Assembly: GCA_051942205.1 (NCBI GenBank)
Contig: JAVECO010000009.1
Coordinates: 124,001-188,000 of the forward strand
Reading direction: 5' to 3'
Origin: Coniocarpon cinnabarinum
Lineage: Eukaryota
Length of the DNA stretch: 64,000 bases
Shown: piece by piece, positions 1 to 13,724 of the stretch
How the letters are laid out: each line of letters starts with the position of its first letter
Numbering within the stretch: position 1 is the first letter of the stretch
Notes under the pieces: generated by a model
Database searches by the model: none
What the model was told of the DNA's origin: nothing
The model's input: only the letters and a program-made list of their open reading frames with translations
Made by a program: the position numbers and the translations under genes

Positions 1-1633
1 TTGGCTGAGAGCCCATCGGGCGCAGATCACACCATGCCATCATCTTTGGGACGAGACAGGCGAGATCAGTCTTCTCATGCGGTGTCACTATTACATTATC
101 AAAGCCTCTGCCAGCTGATCCTCACACTTGAGGAGGTATATCGCTGTACGTTTCTGATTTAGTCCTGCGCCTCCACGGAGAGAACGGATAGCAGGGTGGA
201 GGAAACGCGGCCCTGCTAAAAGCCAGATTTGATCTTCCACAAATAATGATATGTTGCCAATGAGCTGATTGAGATTTCAGCTCGTGGCAGGCAATCGTGG
301 TTCTGAACAAGCCCTTTCCTGGGCTATGAGACACATCTAATCAACCGTGGGAGTTTCCTGCCACTAACCACAATCATCAACCTAGTCTACGATGACTTGT
401 GAAGACGCGTGACGGGCTCGATGGTGAGTTAATGAATGACGAAATGAGAATGATGATGGAAATCTTAATGATACAGAGAGAGAAACGTTGAAGGGTTGTG
501 AAAGAAGGAAATCCGCAAACCCCGGCGTACCAAGTGTCCGGCAAGAAGACAGGGGTAGTCCGAGTGCGCGTCTGGAGAATGCTTCAAGTTCTCTCGGCCA
601 CACCAATTCTTTCTTGCTCCTCATCACACTAGTACGAGCGCATAATCAACCTCCAATTCTGCTTTGCAACTTGATGAATTGAGCGGGTCATATTGGCGCT
701 TACGAGCAAGTCTTTCACGGCCTCTTAAGGCTTCTCGCTTCTTGATTACTATAGCGATGAACCGTCACCTGCAGGCCGCACAAGCATGAACGCCTTGATC
801 TCTGTAGCTCCGTCCGCGTCGACGTGATCCTTCTGCATGAGGACGGAATGAGCTGTCTGTCTGTGGGCAGAGCAAGTCAGATGGAGGGCAAGAATCCTCT
901 CTTGACTGCATCTGCTTACCGATCATGAGGGCAGATTCGTATGTAGGGCTCTTGCGCCGCCCGCTTCCGTCGACAGTACGGAGTCATCATCATCGCATCT
1001 AGTTAACGCAGGCTGTCCGTAATGCCATAGCCACAATTAATACGTATTCATCGGTCTGCGCTGGAGATAGAACTAAATTTCTGGTCTTGTTCGTGCTTAC
1101 AGGCGCGCTGTGCTCGCGGGCAATTGGCCTTTCCCACGCATTGTTTTGCATCCACGAACAGGACGCTGACGTGATCAGATGCGCTCCGCAGTAAGCAAGC
1201 GAAGGCCGAGATCAGCTTCATCGTCGTGTACGTGAATTGCTATTTCCATACCGAGACGCTGTATTGTGGGCTCGTGGAAGGAGGAATGTAGGGTGCCCCC
1301 TTCTGGGTCTGACTCGAGGAAAAGCTTGAGATTGCCGAGTGGCACCACTCACACACTTCCTCTCACCTGCTGCAACACTCCCTCACCACTTTCGTCACTC
1401 TCATTCCCACCCGGTCGATGCTCACCTCCTTCGCTCTTTTCCACATGTTCCTCGCGCCCTGTGCGTAGATGCATGGCCGGCCGTGTCGGCTCTTACAGTT
1501 CATAGCTATCGTCTCGACATTTCCACTGTCCTACTGTTGCCATCTCTAGCGCCCGCCTTTGAGGCACTTCCCCTCCGGCCCTTGCGGCGTTGACGTCTGG
1601 CCATCTTGTGGACGCCACGAACTGCCCACGACC

Positions 1634-3643
1634 ATGGCGACAGTCGTCAACAAGCGTCAGCAGGCGCGTAATGAGAAGACTCTTCAAGAGCTCCTCAAAC
1701 AGCCTGGTAATGGTCGCTGTGCAGATTGCGATACCAAGAATCCAGGTAAGTGTTCAAGCCTCTCGACCAGCGTCTGCGCAAAAGCTAACAAATACCAGGA
1801 TGGGCCAGTTGGAATCTCGGAATCTTCTTATGTATGCGTTGTGCATCGTTGCATAGAAAGCTGGGGACGCATATCTCAAAAGTCAAATCTTTGAGCATGG
1901 ATACGTGGTCCTTGGATCAAGTCGAGGTGCGCACTGCTTCCATTTTGTGCCCTTCTGATTGGGATTAACGTTTGTCTCTAGGTGATGAAGAGAAACGGTA
2001 ATTCAGTCTCAAATCGCCGCTATAACCCGAAGAATTCCAAAGCCAACATTCCCATCGATGCCGACGAGGTCGACAACGCTATGGAGAGGTTCATTCGCGA
2101 GAAGTACGAGCACAAGACTCTGTGCGGAGAGGGCCGTCCTTTGCCCAGCATCAGACAGCATACTGGCAGCAGCAGTGGCTCAAGCAATGATATTGGTCCG
2201 CCGGTGCCAGCCAAAAATGCCCCGCGTCTTTCTTCGACATTGCGATCTTCTTCTGCAATGTTTACGAGCCAGAATTCGCTTCCCTCTCCTCCGGCTTCGG
2301 ACTGGAGCTCCAACGGTTCAAGAAAGATGGCCGGCATTCCAGAGGACGCACTGCCTAGCAGAGACCATAGCTTTGAGAGCAAGCTTGATCAGCTGAAAGG
2401 AATGGGCTTTCCGAATGAGACACGAAACTCAACCATATTGAAGGGCACGGCAGGCAATATGGATCGTGCAATTCAGACGCTTTTGCGACTTGGCGAAGGT
2501 GGACCTTCGATGGCCATGAACGCTCATAGGGCGCCACAGCAAACGAATGGGATCACGATTCAGCCCACGGGCACATCTCAATCGTCGACCAGCACGAACC
2601 CTCCGCCATTACAGCAACCCTTGCAAACCTCCGTGAACGGCACAAATCCATTTTTTCAGACTCAGAACACGTCTCAGCCGGTTCAACCTGCCTCAGCGTC
2701 TGCTCTCGAGCAGTCCTTCCAGAATTTCTCCATATCACAGCCACAAACGCAGCAGCTCTTTCCCAATAACACTGGGACCTGGGCTGCGCAGAGATCTCGT
2801 GCTCCAAGTCTGCAGAACAATCCGTTCCTCAAGACATTCACCCCACCGATCTCGCCCTCGCCGTATCCTATGCAACAGCAGTCTTCCAATCCGTTCCTAC
2901 GCACTTCGCAGTCGCAGACTTTCGCTCCTTCAAATCCTTTTGGTCAGATGCAGCAGCCTCAACAGCAGCAGGTGGCTCCTCTGATGCCTCAAGCGACTGG
3001 GTTCTCTCATCAGTCAGCACCTTCGCAGAGCATCCCTACACCAATTCAAAACCCAATGCAAGCACAACCGACGGGAGCTGCGCAATTTCAAAACCATCCG
3101 CAGCAAATGCAATCTCCCCAGCAATTCTTTTCACCACAGCAGGCCCCCATTCAAAGCCCGCCACCTTCTCAACTTCCAAGCTCCAATCCTTACGCACAGC
3201 ATGTACAACAGCAGCCACAGAACTACTTCACGGCCGAATCTCAGCCACCAACACAAGCAATGCAACCTGCACAATTCCAAAACTTCCAAAACCCGCAGCA
3301 AGTGTACCAGTCCTTTCAGCAACCGCACCCATCCTACACTCACCAACGACAATACTACGACAAAAACTCCATCCTTGCTCTTTACAACACTCCCAGTCTG
3401 CAGCACCAGACAACACAGCAGACTCAGGCCGCAGCACAAGCTCCGCCTCACATTCAGCAGCGGAGTGTCACTATGCCGCTCATGAACGGCTCATCCAACC
3501 CCTTTGGGGCTGCTCCATCGCCGAACGCTCAGCCACCGTCAGTAGCATCGCCAGGACACGCAAGTCGCGACAGTATGGCTTTCATGGGAGGACGCCCACC
3601 AAGTCCCGATGCATTCAGTGGCCTGAGTGCACGATACACGTGA
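1634..3643 (+). CDS. ArfGAP zinc-finger + UBA domain protein (Gts1/Age2-like), Q/P-rich C-terminus with NPF motifs
   Basis: Spliced 1634-1745, 1799-1926, 1982-3643 gives MATVVNKRQQARNE..CADC..PGWASWNLGIFLCMRCASLHRKLGTHISKVKSLSMD (ArfGAP CxxC-x16-CxxC-x4-R). UBA-like 'LDQLKGMGF..GNMDRAIQTLL' follows, then multiple NPF motifs. Confidence 0.9.
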
Positions 3644-4342
3644 ATCACGTAAGGATCTTTCCCCCTTTTTTTTTTGAATACGCAACTTTGCATGGGAGGC
3701 AAAATCTGTTCTGGATAGCAACAAGGGATTCTGAGGCATGTACAGCACTCGAGACGAGGCGTTCGCGTTCTACATTATGTAAGGAAAAGGAATGGCGTCA
3801 AGATACCCACGTCCGCATTCCAGAGTTAGATGATCATGAAAGGATATGCAAATGCCAAGCATCAGCTTCAAGTGAACCTCGACCTGCTTCAGTTCTCCTT
3901 TGCTCTTCGCTTTGACTACAGCCTTCTACGTCAGTGGTTGAGAATCGACTGACTCGCAATCTTGACCTTGAAACGTCTTGTTATCTCATGTTCCTCTGAG
4001 CAGGAAATAGGATAAGAGCAAGTACCGCCATACAACGTAAACCTTCCCAAAGCCGAATCTAGGTCGTCGACCTCTAAGCTTCTAGGCACTTGCAGGCAAC
4101 GAGGATATAGAACGTCTGAGTCTTTTCAACTCGAGGGCCTTTTCCAGACCTAGCCCCACTACGTTTGTTGGGACCACCGCTGTTCTCTGTCTGCCGGTCA
4201 CAGGAAGAGTTCGTCTTAGACTTTTGATCACGAGTGCTAGCGGTTGGCCAGTCTCAAACAAGATGTAAAAGGCCAGAATGTACTTCGACATTCGCTGCTG
4301 CTCACGTCTCTCAATCTTTACCCTCCCGCGAGGTGCCCCGCC

Positions 4343-5488
4343 ATGCCCTCCCTCACAGAAGACGACGAAGACGCCCAGCCCGTCTGGCCCGACTATACTA
4401 ACTCTCCCATCTACGCCGACTTAACACCTATCCCGCAAAACGATGGCGGTCCTAATGCCCTCGCCACCATCGCTTACGCACCCGAATACCGCACCACCTC
4501 TTCCTACCTCCGCGCCCTCATGGCAAAGGACGAGCGCTCTGACCGCGCCCTCGCATTGACGCAACACATGATCCAGCTCAACCCCGCACATTACACGGTA
4601 TGGCTGTACCGCGCACGCATGCTCGAGGAGTTGGACAAGAGCATTGAAGACGAATTGGTCTGGCTCAACGGCGTGAGCTTGAAGCACATCAAGAACTATC
4701 AGATATGGCATCACCGGCAAGTCCTGCTCACGCGGCTGAGCGAGCAAATCGCCAATGGAAGAGTCGAAGGCGGCGCAAGAAAGCTAGAAGACGTCATGAG
4801 GGAGGAACTCGCGTTCCTGGCCGAGATGCTCGATCGCGACGTCAAGAACTACCACGTCTGGTCCTACCGCCAATGGCTCGTCCTCCGGTTTGATCTCTTC
4901 GAAGGCTACGGCGAAATAGACGAAGTCGAGCGTTTCGTCCGTCTCGACATCAGGAACAACAGCGCCTGGAACCACCGCTGGTTCCTCGTCTTCGGCCGCG
5001 AGCGTGACGAAGCCGGCCATCCCACCTCTTTTACTGTCTCAGATGACACGCTCGACGCAGAAGAAGACTACGCCAAGGCTGCGATCAGACTGGCGCCGCA
5101 AAACGAAAGTCCGTGGTCTTATCTCAAGGGCTTGACGCGGAAGCGAGGACGGCCGGTCGGAAGGACACTCGCTGAATTTGCACGCGAGTTCGCGGACGTG
5201 ACGCCGGGATGTGCGCCGGAGGGGATCGGGCGAGATGTCGAGTTGCCTGCTGCGAAGGTGAGGAGTACGTTTGCGCTGGATATGCTGGCGGAGGCGTATG
5301 CGGCGGAGGATGCCACCAAGAAGGAGGCGGAGTTTGCCATTCGACTGCTCGCGGAGAGATATGATACCATGAGGAGGAAGTACTGGGAGTATCGGCGGAT
5401 GATGCTGGGTTTGGCCAGTCCCGGGAAAGATGAAGGGAAGGGCAAAGAAAATGCAGCCAGTGCAGCGGCGACGGCGGCCGTGGGTTGA
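4343..5488 (+). CDS. RAM2: Protein farnesyltransferase/geranylgeranyltransferase-I alpha subunit
   Basis: PPTA repeats: NPAHYTVWLYR, KNYQIWHHR, KNYHVWSYR, RNNSAWNHR, QNESPWSY. Likely ATG at 4343. Confidence 0.93.
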   Translation: MPSLTEDDEDAQPVWPDYTNSPIYADLTPIPQNDGGPNALATIAYAPEYRTTSSYLRALMAKDERSDRALALTQHMIQLNPAHYTVWLYRARMLEELDKSIEDELVWLNGVSLKHIKNYQIWHHRQVLLTRLSEQIANGRVEGGARKLEDVMREELAFLAEMLDRDVKNYHVWSYRQWLVLRFDLFEGYGEIDEVERFVRLDIRNNSAWNHRWFLVFGRERDEAGHPTSFTVSDDTLDAEEDYAKAAIRLAPQNESPWSYLKGLTRKRGRPVGRTLAEFAREFADVTPGCAPEGIGRDVELPAAKVRSTFALDMLAEAYAAEDATKKEAEFAIRLLAERYDTMRRKYWEYRRMMLGLASPGKDEGKGKENAASAAATAAVG

Positions 5489-6311
5489 AGCAAGCATGAC
5501 GTTGATCACTTCTCCGACATCCCCATTTAGGACCCAGACTCCTAGGCACAGTGAAGGAACCTGGTTCTCCATGGGACTGGGCCAGCGACCCCTATGGATC
5601 AATCGCGGATGACGGGACTCTGATACACGTCCGCCTATGCCTCCCACGCACCACAGCACTTCTGAACATCTCGATGGAATCTCAGGACTACGTGCTAACA
5701 TCCTGAATACCATTCAGCTGTATTTAACGTCAGTCGGCTGCCGCTCCACGTCTACCCTCACATCGCCAAGCCCGGTCGAGAAACCTAGGACGTTTTCGAA
5801 GTATCAACGGCATACTGCACCATTTATTCGATGTGAGTGACTTTCTCCTCAAAAGAGAAAAGGAAATCCAGCACGGGTCCTGGATGTAGGTCCACGTCGC
5901 ATCTCAGACGGGCGCCATGCCATTCACACAGCTACACAGGTATGGCCAATAATCGAAAGGCTCCTAGCACGATTCAAGACTTGCTTTGCTGCGCTACGGT
6001 GGCAAACTTGTACGTGGCATACAGAAACGGCAACACTTGATGTCATGAGACGTTCGATGTCGTAAAGGCAGAGGAGATCGGAAGTGAATCAGCTGGTGGT
6101 GCTATGCGCACAGTAAAGTCATGATTGCATATCCCCTCGTATCGTATACCCTTGCTTGCTTCCATTCCCTTTCGTTCCTGGGCGCCAAACAGTAATACTC
6201 AAAACAGTCACGCTCTATCCAACCTTCTAGGCATCAACCTCATCCCTCTGGCAAGAGTTGCGAACAAAACAACAACCATCAAGCTCACCCTCACCCTCCT
6301 CCATCCTCTAC

Positions 6312-8794
6312 TCATTCATCCTCCTCCATCCCCTCCTCCACGAACACCAATCTCGTCCCTTGAGCCGTAGTCTGCCAAACATCCAAAAGTGCGTATTCCT
6401 CAACACAACTGTCTAATTGCTGTCTCGTAAACCCCCTTGCCAACACCCGCTCACTCACCCGACGTAAACTGAGCTCACCACTCGTCCCGTCACCGGCAGC
6501 AGCAGCCCCACTCGCCGCCATCCCCCGGATCAAATGATAAATCTTACTACTCGCGGTCTCATCTGCGCCTCGTTCGCGATTCGATTCGTAAAGCGAGGAT
6601 TTAGACACTTCGATCAGTCTCAACGCCTCATCCACGTCGTCGGTCACGACTTCAGATGCAAAACGCAACCGCGCTAACGCCTGTGCCAATCGCACGACTC
6701 CCAGTAGAGTCCGGGCAGTCGTGTGCGCGAACTGCCGCTTCGACACTTCGTCGCGTTTCTGCTGCGACCGCATCCGCACATAAGCACCGACGAGGTATTC
6801 GGACACGCTCGCGGGGACGGTGGGACGAAAGCTGCGGGCGCGCGCGATCCACTGCCGGACTTCCTGCGGGGAGAAGATCAATCCTTCTTGTGTGGGATGC
6901 GAGGAGTGCATGTGGACGTGCGTGACGTGACGGGCTAGATCTTCGTCTGCGTCGCGGTCGGGGGCGTCGAGGATTAAGAAGAGGACGTCGAAGCGGGAGA
7001 GCAGGGCTGCGGGGAGGTTTATGTTCTCGAGGGGGGAGGCGCGCGGGTTATAGCGGCCATAGAGGGGATTGGCGGCGGAGAGGATGGCGGTTCGGGCGTT
7101 GAGGGTTGTGGTTATGCCGGCTTTGCTGATGGAGATTGTCTGCTGTTCCATGACTTCGTGGATGGCGGTTCGATCTGAATCATCCATTTTGTCGAATTCG
7201 TCGATGCAGCAGAGACCATTATCGGCTAGGACGAGGGCACCGCCTTCCAGGACCATTTCGTCGGTGACCGGATCGCGCATCACTGCCGCGGTCAACCCGA
7301 CGCCGGAGGAACCGCGACCTGTTGTGTAGACGCCTCGTGGAGCGACTTTGGCGATGTACTTGAGGAGTTGGGACTTAGCAACACCGGGGTCACCCATTAG
7401 GCATATGTTAATATCACCACGGATGCGCATGCCGTCTTGGATTTCCTTGGTGACGCCGCCGATCAACTGAAGCAGAAGTGCTTTCTTGACGTCGAGATGG
7501 CCATAAATCTCTGGAGCGATGGAGCGAGCGAGGTATTCGTAGAGTTGGCCAGAGCGGGATAGCTCGTCCATGCGGTTGACAGTTGGCTGTCCCAGAACCA
7601 TATCTTCATATTGCTTCTTATGGAGACGGACATGTTGAGCGTCGAGGTATGTATCTGTCAGAAGACCAGCGCGAATCGCTTTGAAGCCCGTATACGGAAT
7701 CGGCAAAAAGATCCCAGAAAGATCCATCACATCGCCTGGATTAATCTGGCGAACGAGACCACCGTAGCAGTGCACAGTGAGCATGCGCGGAATGTGGCCA
7801 ACAGGTACTTGATCCGCCATTTCCTGGATTTTGATTTCTTGGAACGGCGAAAACTTGGAGGCGCGGGCAACGGCTTCGAGCGTGCCTTTTGTGTTGTTTT
7901 GTTTGCAGTCTTCGGAGGGGCAGAGGACGAGGGGTGTGAAGGTGCGGGTGGTGATAGGTTGGAAGACTTGGTTGCCGCAGCGGTCGCAGGCGTAGGCGTT
8001 TACTGTGACGGCGGGTTTGACGTCGGAGGCGCGAGTGCAGATGCCTCTCACTGTGATGAGGTGGCCGAGCTGGTCGCCGCGCACCGCACGGATGGCGAGA
8101 GGTTTGTTGGGGGAGGCGTGGTCGTCGGAGTCGGAGTTGGTTGGTGGTTTGAAGGATATATCCTGATAATGTCAGTCGAACTCGTCTGCCGATAAATCTT
8201 GCGGCTCCTTCGCATGCTTACATATCTCCGCATCAGTTCAGGAGGGAAGAGCATGTCTGGATTAGAATCTTGCGGGAGGGTGCCCTCATCGAGATTATGC
8301 TGTGTATAGTCTGTGACATTGCGGCGCGCCTCCAATAGAATGTCGAGAACATCAGACTTGAATGTGACATCGGTAGAGGGCTCAGGTAGTAGCTTGTCAA
8401 CGGCACGCGAGAAGATCTCGACGTAGTGTTGTGCGTTTTTTTGGATGGAGGCAACCAGTTTGAGATCTGAGTTATTTTGTGCTTGTTCGTATTCTTCTAA
8501 ATCGTCAAGGTCGACGTAGATGTGTTCGCGCTTGCGATCCGCGACCTCTTGCAACAAGCGCATGTATTTGTGCTTCGGATCCCGCTGGCGACGATAGTCG
8601 TTGGTGTCACCTCCAACCACATCCTCCATAAAGTCGTACTCATCGCTCGTGCCATCCTCGTCGAGATTTGAGCCATTGAGCTCGTCTGACGACCCTGTTG
8701 TTTTGAAGCTCGCGAGAAAGTCTTGGAATGCGGCTTGCTGCTGGTCATAGTCGACCTGAGGTGGGTATTGAGGGAGAGTCGTTCCGGATGCCAT
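6312..8794 (-). CDS. MCM7: DNA replication licensing factor MCM7
   Basis: One intron, 8163-8221 (GTAAGC..CTGAC..CAG), joins the two ORFs. Zn finger CDRC..CPSEDC, Walker [20 protein letters not shown] arginine finger, and MCM7-typical 'GLLTDTYL'. Confidence 0.95.
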
Positions 8795-8946
8795 CCGGTG
8801 AGAGGAGGTTGATACAGCCTATGAAACTTCAAAGCTAGGATATCGGTCCGCAGTATTTTCACTTAAGACAGTGCTTGCGTTCAGCGAGATTGTATATGAA
8901 CAGGAGCGATATGCGGTCTTTCTATCGGCAAATTCATGAAGTTGCG

Positions 8947-8983
8947 GACGACGCGTCGTCGCGTGCTGAACGCGTGAGCGCGT
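8947..8983. promoter_or_regulatory. Cluster of MCB (ACGCGT/CGCGT) cell-cycle boxes upstream of MCM7
   Basis: ACGCGT at 8951 and 8970, plus CGCGT at 8960 and 8979. The first lies within the 14-bp palindrome GACGACGCGTCGTC, about 160 bp upstream of the MCM7 ATG. Confidence 0.6.
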
Positions 8984-9201
8984 AAATGAGGGCTGACTGG
9001 AATAAATGTGACCCCGACACGCAAAATATGCCTCGGCTTAGAGCTCATTGTGGTAGCAGGCATTGAAATGCAAGAACAGGCAGCTGTTTTCAAGTCTAGT
9101 CTTAGGAAAAGTATGACCTCAGATGCCATCGCGGCTTGCGCACCCAGCCAGTGCTAGCATGCGCGATCATTTTTTCTTGAGATTGCACTTGTGTAAAAGC
9201 A

Positions 9202-12200
9202 ATGGCGCCGCCGAGAAAGAGTCCAGCATTCGGAGCCCAAATATCCCTTTCCCACGGCTTGAGCAACTGCCTGGTGAATATACCAGCACCGCTCGCCAAC
9301 GCTATCAGTGAGAGACCGGACGTCAAAGTCCAACATGTCGTCGTTGAACTTGCTTGGAATGTCTCAGCTTCGAACCAGAATGCGAAGCCTCGGCGCAAAG
9401 TCATGGGCGCGGGTTGGACTGGGATGGCTAGCAAGAAGCAGCAACAGGCAGCTTTAGATCGGGGTGGCAGGCCAAGCAAAGCGCCAGAGATCCTAGAGAT
9501 TGACCCGGCATTTGCACGGATCAATGACATTGAGGAAGGGCAGAGGGTATGCATCTTTCTTGCAATGGATGCTTGACCAAGGCGCTGATTGACCCGTAGT
9601 AGGTCGAGATACTCATTCACACGGACCCGCCCAAAGCACACACTGTTGAGGTAGAGCCCGCGACAACAGCAGATTGGGAGAGTTAGTCGGACCCGCAAAT
9701 GTATGACAAGTCTAGAACACTGACAAAAGCCAGTGATTGAGCTGCACTCGGACTTCCTCGAGACGCATTTCCTATCCCAAATTCGTGCTCTTCCAGATCC
9801 AAGCTTCAAGCCGACTGGCAACGATCCTCCATCATCACATCCGCTGATTCTCCACTTGTCTCCCACTTCAACTGCGACCGTTTACATTCGATCTTTGAAG
9901 CTAGATGGCAACGTCTCGAAGCCATCGCGGCATGTACGGATAGAGGGAAGCGATTGCGAAGTCCATGTAGCACCCAAACCAAGACAGAAGGCACATCATG
10001 AGGAACAGAGCGCACAGTCTATAGACGGTCGAAGCGGTGCGGGAAGCAGCAAAACGCGATCAACGAAGCAAGAATCTCGGCCCACGGTTTTTGTGAGAGG
10101 TGTCTCGCGTCAGATAGCTGACGAATACTTTGATGATGAGGAGGAGGATAACGAAAGAGATGAGGGCCTACAAGTGTGGGTGGACAAGGAGGTATTGGAT
10201 TCCCACAGCTTACGCGGATCCAAGTGGGTGTGGGTGTCAATCGTCCGTCCCGCCGGGCTGAGGAATAGCGTTCAAGAGGAGCCAGAAGCAATGAGACTTG
10301 CCACAAGGATTGTTGCCCAACTGTCACAATGGGAAGATGCACCCGAACCTCAAATGGTGGCAGTCTCATCACAATTGTGTGCAGCTCTTGACGCGCCAGG
10401 TATGACCGGCGAAACGATCCGGCTCGAAGCTGCGCCTCCTCAGATGTCCAAGTCAGCCGTTCGCTCACTCAAAGTGTATCCATTTGCAGGAAGTTCCGAA
10501 CAGCAAAGAGATGGGTTCCGCTTTGGAAGCAAGCTGCGTGCTGATCAGCAAGAAGCAGCGCAGAGGCTTTTAACGATGTTCCACAATGAAAAAGAAAGTG
10601 GAAATATCTTTCGAGGTCCGATTACAGACGGCATGCTGCTGTTACCGAACCCCCATGATGAAAGTCAAACAGCATGGCCTGGTGGAATTGTGAAATTTCA
10701 CCCACCGTCGGGGCCTTTCTTGGATGCACAAAAGACAACACGTGGCTGGATACTAGGCTCAGACCGAAAGCTATCTGCGTCAAGCTCTACGGAATCGCCG
10801 AAGGGCGGTGGCTCAGACCGTCGATTGAGCGTTGAAGTGTCCACTGAATTGGTTCAGCCAGTGCGTCCCTCGCATTCTTGGAACATCGGCGAGCAGCTTC
10901 CACACGAGCGCCCGATGCTTGTTGGTGTTGATGCTGTCATCGATCAAGTGCAATCTAGTCTGAGGCATTCCTCGTCGTGTCTTCTGACAGGCGGCCATGG
11001 CGCTGGCAAGAGCACCATGACGCACCTTGTCGCTCACGATTTCCATCGCGATTTGTTCGCCCATGTGGAATCCTTCCCCTGCTACTCCTTGGTCACGGAC
11101 GAGACAAGGGTCAACACTATCAAAGACACGATCAACAGGTTGTTTGCTAAAGCCACCTGGGGCGCTCGGCTAGGCGGTCGTTCACTAGTCGTTCTCGATG
11201 ACCTCGACAGTCTATGTCCCGCGGAGAATGAGCTCGAAATCGGAAACGAAAACAGCCGCAATCGGCAAGTGAGTGAAATCGTACAATCCGTCATCCGACA
11301 GCACTGCACACTTGACTCCAGAGTCAGTCTCTTGGCAACAGCGCAGTCCAAAGATGCGTTGCACAACATCATTGTGGGTGGTCATGCCATTTGCGAATAC
11401 GCACATTTGCACGCACCGGACAAAGACACACGACGAAAGATACTTGAGTTTCTGGGAGAGAAAGACGCGAAAGCTAGTCAAGTCGTGAATGGTGTCGACG
11501 ACGCAGCGCATGTTGATTATCTGGATGTTGCCGGCCGCACTGATGGCTACATGCCGGGCGATCTGAAAGCGCTCATGTCAAGAGCGCGCTCTGAAGCCCT
11601 CATTCGATCTATCTCTGCCAACGCTGACTCAAATGCGCCTCAACTAACCGACCAAGATTTTGACAATGCTCTCAAGGGCTTCACACCAACCTCATTGCGC
11701 AATGTCACACTGCAACACAGTACAACTTCCTTCTCATCAATTGGCGGACTCAAACACACCCGACAGATGTTACTAGAGACTCTGCAATATCCCACGCTCT
11801 ACGCCCCCATCTTTGCAAACTGCCCCCTCCGGCTTCGATCCGGCCTCCTGTTGTACGGCTTCCCCGGTTGCGGAAAAACACTGCTGGCATCCGCTGTTGC
11901 TGGTGAATGCGGCCTCAATTTCATCAGCGTCAAGGGACCCGAAATTCTAAATAAGTACATCGGCGCATCGGAAAAGAGCGTTCGCGACTTGTTCGAACGA
12001 GCACAGGCAGCGAGACCTTGTGTCCTGTTCTTCGATGAATTCGACAGTGTGGCTCCAAAGCGTGGACACGATAGCACGGGCGTCACTGATCGCGTCGTGA
12101 ATCAGTTGCTCACGCAAATGGATGGCGCGGAAGGTCTCAGCGGCGTATACGTCCTCGCTGCGACGTCGCGACCTGATCTAATCGATCCAGCATTGTTGCG

Positions 12201-12879
12201 ACCAGGTCGATTAGACAAGAGTCTACTGTGCGAGATGCCGAATCTAGAAGATAGGGAAGACATTGTACGCGCTCTCGGCTCCAAGCTCAAGATCACTCAA
12301 GACGCTAAAGCTCGTTTGCGAGAAGTGGCGCAGGAAACAGAAGGCTATACTGGCGCGGATCTGCAGGCTGTGGTGTATAATTCGCATCTCGAAGCTATTC
12401 ATGACGCCATCGGCGACACCGAAATGCACGTCTCTCCCCGCCAGAACGGCACAAGCGCTGGTCGAAACAACGAAGGCAATAAAACGTCAATACCCGATTT
12501 CACGTTTTTCCGCGCCAGCGAAACGCACAGCGCACCCACGTCCAGCGCGTCCATCGCCACCGAACGCGCACAAATCGCGCAACAACTCCGCGCCCACAAA
12601 TTTGGTCAGCAGAGGCTCAAAGCTGCACGACGCGATTCCTTTGCTGAGCACTCTACTACCGACGAACAAGACGATACCGCGACGCAAGGTGAAGATCACG
12701 AACCGACGATCGAGTGGCGACATGTGAGACGGGGTTTGGGCCAGACACGGCCGAGTATCTCGACGGAAGAAGTGAGGCGCCTCGAAAAGATTTATAGGGA
12801 GTTTGTGGATGCGAGGAGTGGGGAGATGCCTTCGGGACAGGGCGGCAGGGAGGTTGGGGGACGGAGTAGTCTTATGTAG
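9202..12879 (+). CDS. PEX1: Peroxisome biogenesis AAA ATPase Pex1
   Basis: Introns 9547-9602 and 9682-9733 restore 'VEPATTADWEMIELH'. D1 GGHGAGKS; D2 GFPGCGKT, FFDEFDS and 'APKRGHDSTGVTDRVVNQLLT'; C-terminal 'GGREVGGRSSLM'. Confidence 0.95.
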
Positions 12880-13724
12880 ATGCTTTTTGCTCCTGTGCAT
12901 GAGTGAGGGTGTATAGGTGCAGTGATGAACGTTATTCTTACACTTGTCGTGCATCATTTGAAGCTTCTGACGAACAGGTTTGAAGTTCGATGTGAGCGAG
13001 CGTGTGTGTGACCTTAAAAGAAGCTAAAGATGGACAGGAGTGGGATGAAGGCGAAATCCCTTTAGAGCGGACACTATACAGCTGCACAAGCTATGAGCAG
13101 TCTGTGAAGCATTATGACCGAAGCCTATTTGAATCTCTTTGAGTGCTACTTTAACTTAAGCCTCGACCTCGCCGCGGTGACGTCTGTCGCCATGTAGCAA
13201 GGCATCCAGCTAAAGGCAGTCCATCTTGCGCGTCTAGAATCAGCCATTGCTTCTAAATGCTGCGTGTTGTCTGACGAGCGCGAAAAAATTGAATCTTCAA
13301 CGATTCGAGAGAAGTTTACTGAACCGTATATGATATGGACGTCAAGGGAAGAGAAGAGAAGCAAATGCAGGAAGATTGACAGTAACAGGTAAAAGCATCA
13401 GCTCGCGAACGCAGTAGCAAAGGATGTGGTGAGTCCTCGTGATTAGTAAATTGATTGGTATCTGAACTAAACACACCCATTGCGCATAACGACCCAGATC
13501 AATTACCCGGCATGAACGCCTCGCTCAAAATCCACGCAGCGATTTTAGAATAATATAGCCCCTCTGAGCGCCCAAGATCAATGGAGGCCGTTTTCCCAGT
13601 GCCGCTCTCATCCAGGTCGTGACGCTCATCTTCTTTCTATGACGGCCATTTCTGATACTGCACTGCCCCTGAACACGCGGTCCATTTGAGCATGGCAGTT
13701 TGAACACGCAAAGCAACGACAACG

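Noticed and set aside
1..1600. Short ORFs at the window start
   Set aside because: No motifs; likely promoter/5'UTR of the ArfGAP gene and possibly of a gene outside the window.
12922..12970. GTGATGA..CTGA box C/D-like pair in the PEX1 3' region
   Set aside because: Only about 49 nt long, with no terminal stem or recognisable rRNA guide.
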